From contig MTSL01000084.1 of assembly GCA_002794465.1 (NCBI GenBank), positions 20,187 to 27,927 of the forward strand: a stretch of DNA of 7,741 nt, in the 5' to 3' direction. Origin of the DNA: Paramicrosporidium saccamoebae KSL3. Taxonomy: Eukaryota > Fungi > Cryptomycota. Of this stretch, positions 1 to 7,485 are shown in pieces (position 1 is the first letter of the stretch; every line of letters starts with the position of its first letter). The notes below the pieces were generated by a model. That model was not told the origin of the DNA. It saw nothing but the letters and a program-made list of their open reading frames with translations, and made no database searches. Made by a program: the position numbers and the translations under genes.

Positions 1-1
1 C

Positions 2-1651
2 GATATATCAGGGTACACCTCAAGCGCCTATGAAACTGCCAAATCTTACATTCCAAGCACGGCGCCATCAGAACCTTCCACTATATCAGGCTATGCTACC
101 AGAATGTATGACTCGACTAGCTCATATTTGCGGGGAGGATCTTCAGCACCGCAAGATGGAGCGCTAGACCAGTTGTACCAGGTAGCAACTGGATATTTTG
201 ACACCATCAGCACTCATGGTCATGAAATGGCAAATCAGTTCTTGAATGCGTCCATGTCGGAGCAGGCCACTGTGGTTGCCATTGCCGCCGTTCTGGTATA
301 CGCAGCATACAATTACAAGGCCATCATCTCCTCAGTAAAGAATGCCGTTACTTCTGCCGGATCGTGGATTCTCAGAAATGTAAAGAGTGCAACCACAACC
401 ACCTCAAAGGCGATTAGCGAATTATTTGCCCTGATCAGTCTAGCCACCATCAGACTTGGACATCAAATCCTCCCCTACTCTCTTTCAGCATTCATTCCCG
501 CTTGGGTTAAGCACGGCATCTCCCTCCGTGACTATGTGGGCTTTGTAGGCCAGGCAGTCGCTACTAATCAGACCGATACGCTGGATGTGCTCATTGGCCT
601 GTCGACTACAATTATTTCCCCTAATGACTTGGTTCCGACAGCACAGTCTGCTCCATCTGACAAAACCAACCGAGTTATTCCGGAGAATGCCGCCATGAAG
701 ATTATGGAGCAAATTGTGCGTCCTTCAGTGCCGGCATTTATTGTGGACAAATTCTTGGACAGTGCCAAGCTGGGCCCGACCTATCACCTTATGACGGCCA
801 TGAAAGAGAGATGCAACAAGTTTAGCATCCTGTACCAAGCTGAAATCGCCCTGATCTTTGGAACACATGGAAGGGTTGGAGCCCTGTCGGTTTTGCGACG
901 TCAGCCAACCGAAAGGATTGAGCCACAATTTTTGACATTTTATCGCTTGTTGATCGAAGCCCTCTTTACTCCCAACAGCACTGACGCCATAGAAAAGCTG
1001 GGAAAGAGCTACGAGGGTCTTAAGCAGATCAATTTGAATATTACTCCTCTACATTTGCAGCTCTTGGACATGCTCGTTAGTAAAGGACAGTGTCTTTTGG
1101 ACAAAAATGTCAACCCCAGAGTGTGCAGAATGGCCATTCAGTACATACAGCCGATGATACAGGGAGTATCTATCGTGGGCGCCCACTCACCACACTTGGC
1201 GTACCTACAGCCCATCACAAATGCTCTCACTCGCGAGAGCTTCTTCAACGCCCAGAAAGACGACTATGCCATGCTTGCAATCGCTATACGGGCATTCCAA
1301 AATGATCAGGCTGCTCTGAAGCAGCTCAATTGCGGCCGCGATCTGGCGTGCAAGGTGTTGAAGGATCTTTCAAATAAATCTCCCTTGCCCGACCCATGTG
1401 GAACGCACAACTCTGAGACCATACTTGTTGAGAACATGCCACAATGGATTGATGCACATGCAGAGATGGACAATAGTGCCAAGGAGAAATTTGTCGCCGG
1501 TCTGATATATATGCTGGCAAATGTGCATCCCGACACCCTTCCCAAGTGGGTGTACTACAAGCAATCACTAGCAGATGCATTCAATAGCTCCATCCAAAAA
1601 CATTGCGCCGCTAGAAATCTTCAAGCTCGAGCTACAATGAACCATTTGTAA
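2..1651 (+). CDS. Hypothetical protein, 5'-truncated (at least 549 aa); probable membrane segment; no recognisable family
   Basis: The frame of the 104..1651 ORF stays open back to position 2 (DISGYTSSAYETAKSYIPSTAPSEPSTISGYATR-MYD...), so the true start is probably upstream of the window. It contains a hydrophobic stretch ATVVAIAAVLVYAAYNY. The TAA stop at 1649-1651 overlaps AATAAA at 1650-1655. Confidence 0.8.
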   Translation, partial: DISGYTSSAYETAKSYIPSTAPSEPSTISGYATRMYDSTSSYLRGGSSAPQDGALDQLYQVATGYFDTISTHGHEMANQFLNASMSEQATVVAIAAVLVYAAYNYKAIISSVKNAVTSAGSWILRNVKSATTTTSKAISELFALISLATIRLGHQILPYSLSAFIPAWVKHGISLRDYVGFVGQAVATNQTDTLDVLIGLSTTIISPNDLVPTAQSAPSDKTNRVIPENAAMKIMEQIVRPSVPAFIVDKFLDSAKLGPTYHLMTAMKERCNKFSILYQAEIALIFGTHGRVGALSVLRRQPTERIEPQFLTFYRLLIEALFTPNSTDAIEKLGKSYEGLKQINLNITPLHLQLLDMLVSKGQCLLDKNVNPRVCRMAIQYIQPMIQGVSIVGAHSPHLAYLQPITNALTRESFFNAQKDDYAMLAIAIRAFQNDQAALKQLNCGRDLACKVLKDLSNKSPLPDPCGTHNSETILVENMPQWIDAHAEMDNSAKEKFVAGLIYMLANVHPDTLPKWVYYKQSLADAFNSSIQKHCAARNLQARATMNHL

Positions 1652-1668
1652 TAAACGAACGATTGTAT

Positions 1669-1739
1669 GCAAGTTTGGTTTAGTGGTATAATTGCCGCCT
1701 GCCACGCGGTAGACCCGGGTTCGATTCCCGGAACTTGCA
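1669..1739 (+). tRNA. tRNA-Gly: tRNA-Gly, anticodon GCC, eukaryotic type (no intron, no encoded CCA)
   Basis: Acceptor stem GCAAGTT/AACTTGC plus discriminator A. D-loop AGTGGTA. Anticodon stem GCCGC/GCGGT with loop CTGCCAC (GCC at 1701-1703). T stem CCGGG/CCCGG with loop TTCGATT. Closely resembles eukaryotic tRNA-Gly(GCC). Confidence 0.97.
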
Positions 1740-1743
1740 AAAC

Positions 1744-1747
1744 TTTT
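1744..1747 (+). terminator. Possible weak Pol III terminator (T4) after tRNA-Gly
   Basis: TTTT begins 5 nt after the tRNA 3' end. With only four Ts it may be leaky in fungi. Confidence 0.4.
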
Positions 1748-1762
1748 AAAAAGGCTAAAGGC

Positions 1763-1845
1763 TTGAAGTGATGATCAAATCAAAGAGTCAAGCTCTGATG
1801 CCAAAGGCAATGCAGACAAATTTGATTACGACGGTATCTGATCAG
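1763..1845 (+). ncRNA. Box C/D snoRNA with two rRNA antisense elements (LSU target equivalent to yeast 25S U2417; SSU target equivalent to yeast 18S C1007)
   Basis: Box C GTGATGA 1768-1774, box D' CTGA 1795-1798, box D CTGA 1838-1841, and a short terminal stem TTGA(1763-66)/TCAG(1842-45). The D' guide AGAGTCAAGCT (1784-1794) is complementary to conserved LSU AGCUUGACUCU. The D guide GATTACGACGGTAT (1824-1837) is complementary to conserved SSU AUACCGUCGUAGUC (14 bp, one G-U). An internal hairpin TGCC-AAA-GGCA follows D'. Box C' is degenerate and not placed with confidence. Confidence 0.88.
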
Positions 1846-2146
1846 TCTTTTGTATGGGGGAGTATCGTCGCATAGTCGAGTCCTTTTGTGTTGCGTATTA
1901 GGGGTTTTGTATTGCATAGTGGGAAAGATGCCACGGCCCAAGCCAGACGGAAAGAAAGTTTGTCCACTGTTAATCCAACGGATCGAATCATGCAGTGACT
2001 CATTTATTATCGCTCGCTTTTAATTTAAAAGCCTGTTTCTAGTCTCACAAATGACGCATTAACAGTGCTAAACAATAAGGATACAAACCTCATTGTTTTT
2101 CATTGGTCGTCCAAGTGCCTGGCCCATCTCACTACCACTTGCCACA

Positions 2147-3125
2147 ATGGTGTGGCTGCATGACGTTGGCTCTCCAGCAGACAGTGTCGAACTTTTGCCA
2201 ACAGTCGCTGGAGAGACATTTATTTCAGTTGCTACGTATTTGTATGACGAGAGTGCCAAGACGCGGTCTGGAGAACTGCGGATAGCCAAGGTGCTCTCAG
2301 AAGACAAGCTGTGCCGCCTTCTGAAGCGCCTCTAAATGTTGTAGGGAAATGGTTGAAAAGATCCATGGTCCGGGTGTATTGGATGTCAAGTGGACTGGAG
2401 GTGCTGATAAAAGTTGCAGCGGTGTATGGGCGTGTTCGGACGGAAGCGTCTCTATGGGTGTTTTCGACCCAACCATGGAAAAGCTGCAGGTACAGTCCAC
2501 ATTTGACCTGGATGCAGAGAGCATCACAATGGCCTGCGATATGAATAATGACCTTATTGCTGCCGCAATGAGCAGTGGCGCCGTCATTCTTTGCACCAAA
2601 GCTGGTGACGTACATGCCATAAAAGGTCACTCACTGGAAGCATGGACTGTTGCATTTGACCCACACCAGCCGCATATTCTCCACTCGGGCGGCGATGATG
2701 CCAAATGGCGGGGATGGGACTTGCGTAGTAGGGATTCTGCATTCACATGTTCATGGCATACCGCTGGCGTCTGCTCCATCCAACCGCATCGAACTGATGC
2801 AAATCTCATTGTCACAGGAAGCTACGATAAACACGCCGCATCGTGGGACCGGAGGACGCTACAGCAACCATTACAAACGGTCAAGGCCAATTCGGGGGTT
2901 TGGAAACTTAGATGGCATCCAAGCGACGACATGAGAGTGCTGGCCGCTTGCATGTATGACGGATTCTACGTCTTTGACATGCAACCTGCCCACGTTTATT
3001 CCAAATATGATCCACAGGCTCTGTCGTATGGGTGTTCATGGCTCAATGCCGCTACAGCAGTGACATGTTCCTTTTACAACCACCAAGTCCAATTATGGAA
3101 GGTGGATAACTATAATGATAAATAG
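2147..3125 (+). CDS. DPH7: Diphthine methyl ester hydrolase-like WD40 protein (Dph7/Rrt2/WDR85); exons 2147-2310 and 2345-3125, 314 aa
   Basis: Splicing joins MVWLHDVGSPADSVE...VATY...RSGEL...DKL to EMVEK.... Family-typical motifs: PADSVE, LDVKW, HSLEAWTVAFD, GGDD...WDLR, HTAGVCSI, TGSYD...WDRR, GVWKLRWHP, ACMYDGF, SYGCSW, TCSFYN...LW. Confidence 0.88.
2311..2344 (+). other. Spliceosomal intron, 34 nt (DPH7)
   Basis: GTGCCG...CTAA...TGTAG. Removal restores the frame (CT+G GAA ATG) into the 2349 ORF. The donor at 2291 would not restore the frame with this acceptor. Confidence 0.75.
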
Positions 3126-3234
3126 ATTGCCAAATAGAATGCTAAACAGATTGCTAAACAGAATGCTAAATAGACTGCTAAATGGAATGCTAAACAGAAT
3201 GCTAAATGGAATGCTAAATAGAATGGCCAATAGA
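3115..3234. repeat. Tandem repeat, 10 x 12 bp, consensus ATGCTAAAYAGA
   Basis: Units: atgataaataga, ttgccaaataga, atgctaaacaga, ttgctaaacaga, atgctaaataga, ctgctaaatgga, atgctaaacaga, atgctaaatgga, atgctaaataga, atggccaataga. The first unit overlaps the DPH7 stop codon. Confidence 0.95.
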
Positions 3235-3293
3235 GATGACTGTTTACATGAACCAAGTGTCTAGTGGCGCCGATTGGCCGATCATTCCATTCA

Positions 3294-3989
3294 ATGCAGC
3301 CACTTTACATTATTGCTCTCACATGTCTGGCACAGAGCTTCGTATGGGCAGCCGTCAAGAAACACATTAAAAACAACCCAGCGGGGGCGCTCTTCACAGG
3401 CGTATCGGGTAAGGAGATTACACAGACGGCAAAGGTGGTCAAGGCGCTGGCCAAGGGCTCTGACGTAGTATTCGTGTCCAGTCCAAAAAAGGTCAAGGAC
3501 CTGGATAAGCTTCTTACTGAGCAAAAATATCATTTATACACACTGCACAAGGTGCGAGTGGCCAGCAAGTCAGTGCTGACGCAAGAGGGTGGTGTTCTCG
3601 TGTACACACACAGCAACGGAAGAAAAATTCTACTAGACGTGGGCACCAAGACAGAGACGGAGATGCTGAAACAAGCCGAATGGCTGCGGCCGCAGGATCC
3701 CGATTACATCATGTTCCGACGGAAAGATTTCAAGAACCGCTTTCTCCATGCCGTCCATATGCCAGCAGTTTTAGATGACACAAAGATTGGAAAGGGTACC
3801 GTGACGCTGCAACTGCTAGAAATTGCCAAGATGCCCGCCCCTGAGGAAAAGATGCAGTCGGGAGAGATGGGTGTTTTCAAGCTCATTTTATGGATTTGTC
3901 TAGCAGTGGCTGTTCCGGCGATAGTTGTCATCTCTGCAGTCCTAGTGCTCCGCAGTAGGGCTAAACGGGCCGGCGAAGCAAAACTTTAG
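3294..3989 (+). CDS. Hypothetical type I membrane protein, 231 aa
   Basis: The ORF track starts at GTG 3264, but ATG 3294 gives a signal-peptide-like N-terminus (MQPLYIIALTCLAQSFVWA). A C-terminal TM helix (LILWICLAVAVPAIVVISAVLVL) is followed by the basic tail RSRAKR. AATAAA lies at 3993-3998. Confidence 0.75.
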   Translation: MQPLYIIALTCLAQSFVWAAVKKHIKNNPAGALFTGVSGKEITQTAKVVKALAKGSDVVFVSSPKKVKDLDKLLTEQKYHLYTLHKVRVASKSVLTQEGGVLVYTHSNGRKILLDVGTKTETEMLKQAEWLRPQDPDYIMFRRKDFKNRFLHAVHMPAVLDDTKIGKGTVTLQLLEIAKMPAPEEKMQSGEMGVFKLILWICLAVAVPAIVVISAVLVLRSRAKRAGEAKL

Positions 3990-4243
3990 ATCAATAAAAC
4001 AATTATGTGTTACAACATAATGTCGGTGATAATACTAATAGGGATTCCAAATCCGAAAGGCCACACTAGATAGATATGTATCAATATCACATTACACGTG
4101 AATGGTGGTTGTCGGGCTAATACAATGTCTTTATAACATTAACACAATTCCAGTCCTATACACAAACATGGCCAAATGATACATCCAACCATTACAACTA
4201 CGCCCAAACATTACATCCCAACAACTACACACCCCCATGGACA

Positions 4244-5513
4244 CTATGCAATTTTTACAGACCATTCGTGCTGTATTTCGCCATATTGGATCATAGTGAT
4301 GGCCTCCCAGAATCGCATCGCCAGAGGACCCGCCATACTCGTGGGATCCTTCTTATCGAGGGGAATCTGCAGATCCTGTCCGTTATAATGTATTGCCTTG
4401 ATTGGCGACACCACAGCGGCCGTGCCGGCTCCAAACATTTCATGCACTCGGCCCTCGCCCAATGCACGGGTCAGCTGCTGCATGGTGACGGTGCGTTCAC
4501 TGACTTTGAATTCGTTCCAATTGCGTCCCAATTCGAGGATAGAGTCTCGTGTTACTCCTGGAAGAATGGTTCCATCCGTCAGAGCGGGGGTCACCAATTC
4601 CAGCTCATCTTGCTCGTTTGTCCAGTAAATGAAACAATTCATAGTGCCCACCTCGGTGACTTGATGATCTGGACCAAACAGCCACAGGATCTGCTGATAT
4701 CCAGCCGGTGCCACCTTGGTTTGAGGCAGAATTCCCCCGGCATAGTTACTACAAAATCAACATTAACCCCCATCCATGGCATACGCTCCAATCTTGTAGG
4801 CACCAGTGCCTCCCGGCCATGCCCGCACAAAGCGATCTTCGGCATAAAGCGACACGGGACTAAAGCCAGTTTTGTAGTACGGCCCCACAGGACAGCAAAT
4901 GACAAAGAGTAGCGCTTTGTTGGGGGGAGACACTCCCAGGGATTCCTGAGTGCCGATAATGGTCGGACGGATGTACAGCGAATAGCCGGGCTGGTCAGGG
5001 ATCCAATCACTGTCCGTCTTTACCGTCTCTTCTACAAGTGCCAACAACTCTGTTGGATCAAAAGACGGCAGCGCCAGTCTTTGTGCTGAATTAAGTAGCC
5101 GCTGCATGTTGAGCTCTGGACGGAACAATCGGACAGCGCCGCTGCGGTCCTTGTACGCCTTTAACCCCTCAAAACATTCAATGGCATAATGGAGCACTGA
5201 AGCCGATGGTGGCAGTGAGAGATTGCCGTACGGCTGGATGAGCGGGGTTGCCCAGCCCTGTTCACGCGTCCATTCGCAGGTCAACATGTGGTCAGTGAAA
5301 GTGTGTCCAAACTGCAGTTCTGCCAGCGCAACCCTTTCTCGTCGCGTCTTGGTCAACTCTACCCGCAGTCGTTTGTGCTACGGAGCTGTCGACAGTAAAA
5401 AGTATTACCTTGAGGGGCAATCCCGCTGACGGCTCATTGATTTGTGTTGGCATCGATGGTATTCGGCGAGAGGAAAAGTGACGACAAATAAGCCCCACAA
5501 CCCGTGAGACCAT
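4244..5513 (-). CDS. BAT1: Branched-chain amino acid aminotransferase (PLP fold IV), probably mitochondrial; exons 5513-5409, 5377-4785 and 4748-4244, 400 aa
   Basis: Motifs FGHTFTDHML, YAIECFEGLKAY, LFRPELNMQRL, YIRPT, RAWPGGTGAYKIGANY (catalytic Lys; GANY formed only after splicing), GYQQILWLFG, EVGTMN, ILPGVTRDS and EMFGAGTAAVVSP. The N-terminus MVSRVVGLICRHFSSRR resembles a presequence. BAT1 versus BAT2 orthology cannot be resolved here. Confidence 0.95.
4749..4784 (-). other. Spliceosomal intron, 36 nt (BCAT intron 2)
   Basis: GTATGC...TTAA...TTTTGTAG. It contains an in-frame TAA, and removal gives the conserved KIGANY motif. Confidence 0.93.
5378..5408 (-). other. Spliceosomal intron, 31 nt (BCAT intron 1)
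   Basis: GTAATA...CCGTAG, phase 0. It joins ...LPLK to HKRLRVELTKT... and so links the ATG at 5513 to the conserved domain. Confidence 0.8.
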
Positions 5514-5939
5514 TAATTTGCTGTAAATGTAAACATCACCTTAACACTTAATTCGTTTCCATGTGCGTTTCCGGCACTACTGCGGCATTGAGGCGAGGTT
5601 TCCAGTGACAACCGTGTTCAAGTTTAAACGAGGGACTGTTTATTAAAAAACGTACCTCCTTTTATAGGCAATCATCCTCATTAAGACTAGCGTAATCGCT
5701 ATCTGGATCATAGCCACCAACCATATGCGGATATTGGCCCCTTTACTTATAGTCCGCATATAGGATATACTCTCCCAAAGTATAGCCCTGTCCTTAATTG
5801 ATGGATTAGGAAACAAATTCCATCAGATTCCATTCGCTAGATAAGAACATGCAAAGCCACTGCAATAAAGACAACCCCGAATTTCTCCGTAACCCTCCAC
5901 CCTCCGTATCACTCTCACCCAACTCCCACCCTCTCCTCA

Positions 5940-7302
5940 ATGACAAAGGGCAAATACACCATTGATGACGCCCTCGAGGCCGTCGGCTTTGGACGTTTCC
6001 AATGGATGCTTCTTGTGCTCTCGGGCATTGGTTTCTTTGCCACCACCGTCGAGCTCATTTCCGTATCACTTTTGCGTGCGCCTCTGCGAGAGCAATGGCC
6101 TGCCGTGGACGACAAACGTTTTGCATATCTCATGTCAGCGACGTTTGCGGGCGAATTGTTGGGCGGGTTGGCGTGGGGAGCGGTGAGTGATCGCATGGGA
6201 AGACGGGCCACCTTTGCAGGCACCGCTCTTATGGCTGCCGTATTCGGCATGTTGGGCTCGGTGGTTCCGTGTTTTTACAGCTTTGCTATCACTCGTTTCG
6301 GCCTTGGTTTTGCCATTGGCGGCAGTTTGGCCATTGATTTTGTCTATTTTGTGGAATTTGTGCCTGCCACCTCTCGTGGATTCCGTACCACCTTTATCAT
6401 CCTTCTGGGGATCATGGCATGTATGCAGTTTCTTTTTATAATGCACTGTAGTCTTTTACGCCTCTCTGGTGGGCTGGCTGACTTTGCCCGTCTGGCGATA
6501 TTTCGTCTTTCTTTGCGGATTGCCTTATGGCTTGCTGTTTCTGGGACGTCTCGCCTGGCGCTGGGAATCCCCGCGTTTCCTTATGGCTCGAGGACGCACT
6601 GCCGAGGCCACCGAAGTGCTTCGACAGATTGCCAAACAAAACGGCACTGTTCTTCCAGAGGGCGAGTTGGAACCGTTGCAGAACATTTCCACCTCCGCTC
6701 CCGGATTGGCGTCCATTGCCTCGGCTGGGATGATTCGCCCCACCATTACCGTCAGCATCCTCTTCTTCTTCCAGACCTTTTCCTACTATGGTCTCACCAT
6801 TTGGCTGCGCAGTTTTGCTGCCCAACGAGGCATCCCCAATTTCAATCCCATGACTGCCTTTCTCGTCATTGGTCTCTCCGAGCTTCCCGGTCTCGCCCTG
6901 ACTACTCTCCTCATTGAACGTGCCGGTCGCCGTCCCGTTCTCCTTCTCAACTTTATTGGTAGTGCTCTTTGTAGTGCAATGCTGTTGTTGGTCACCACCC
7001 AAGCTGGCTTCCTGGCCGTCACCTGTGCATCGTACTTTTTCATTGTCGGCTGTTGGGCTGCCATCTATGTCTCCACTCCCGAAGTGTTCCCCACGACATG
7101 TCGTGCCAGTGCCTTTGCCGTTGCCGGCGCCTGTGGCAAACTCGCCGGTATGACCTCTCCGCATCTATTTGGACATTTGTTGGACATTAATGCGCCGTTT
7201 GGAACAATCGTGGCATGTGTCTCGGGTGGCTTCCTGATTGCTGCCCTAACCAGCGCCCTGCTCATGGTGGAAACTACTGGAAGACGTCTCCGAGACAATT
7301 AA
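5940..7302 (+). CDS. Major facilitator superfamily transporter, SVOP/SV2-like; exons 5940-6420 and 6452-7302, 443 aa
   Basis: N-terminal IDDALEAVGFGRFQW, motif A SDRMGRR, TRFGLGFAIGG, EFVP...RG, WRY, ESPRFL, ERAGRR and EVFPTTCRASA, with about 12 hydrophobic segments. Substrate cannot be inferred. Confidence 0.92.
6421..6451 (+). other. Spliceosomal intron, 31 nt (MFS gene)
   Basis: GTATGC...CTGTAG. Removal joins ...GIMA to FFYASLVGWLTLPVWRY in the frame of the 6469 ORF. Confidence 0.92.
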
Positions 7303-7485
7303 ATACAACCAATACAAAAGCATCAAATGTAACTTTAGTTTTGTTAAATTAATAAGGCTAACCTTGATGCTCACCAGCCCCCGCGAGTTCCATGAACGCA
7401 ACCTTGAATCTTTCCCATAGTTGAGCGCTAGTTATTTGAAGTGTTTATTATTGATATATATGTATATAGTTGGATGGATGTTGGA

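Noticed and set aside
485-1580. Short minus-strand and alternate-frame ORFs within ORF1, and similar ones within DPH7 and the 3294 gene
   Set aside because: Nested in longer, better-supported frames; lengths are compatible with chance.
1958-1995. Possible 38-nt GT...CAG intron in the short ORF starting at 1928
   Set aside because: Splicing would give an immediate TGA and a 10-aa product; there is no support.
2093-2335. 80-aa ORF treated as a separate gene
   Set aside because: Its portion from ATG 2147 is exon 1 of DPH7; the rest is upstream sequence or intron read-through.
3115-3234. Repeat considered as a CRISPR array or telomeric tract
   Set aside because: There are no spacers, the context is eukaryotic and internal, and the unit lacks G-rich telomere character.
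4268-4912. 214-aa plus-strand ORF, and the other ORFs overlapping BCAT (4176, 4398, 4639, 5223)
   Set aside because: Antisense or alternate-frame shadows of a highly conserved gene, with no recognisable motifs.
5698-5715. ATCTGGATCATAGCC resembling part of a TPP riboswitch
   Set aside because: The CTGAGA and ATACC...GAACCTGA core elements are absent on both strands.
5723-5761. Hairpin loop GCCCCTTTAC resembling U5 snRNA loop I (GCCUUUUAC)
   Set aside because: The normally invariant loop is not matched and no Sm site follows.
6421-6917. Apparent frameshift or pseudogene in the MFS gene (C-terminal half of the 325-aa ORF is junk)
   Set aside because: Fully explained by a 31-nt GT-AG intron; the spliced product is an intact 443-aa transporter.
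6436-7164. 242-aa minus-strand ORF and other ORFs inside the MFS gene
   Set aside because: Antisense shadows of a hydrophobic coding sequence; no independent evidence.
7319-7371. 8-bp inverted repeat AGCATCAA/TTGATGCT between convergent genes, considered as an H/ACA snoRNA hairpin
   Set aside because: No correctly placed box H or terminal ACA on either strand; it could be chance or a 3'-end structure.
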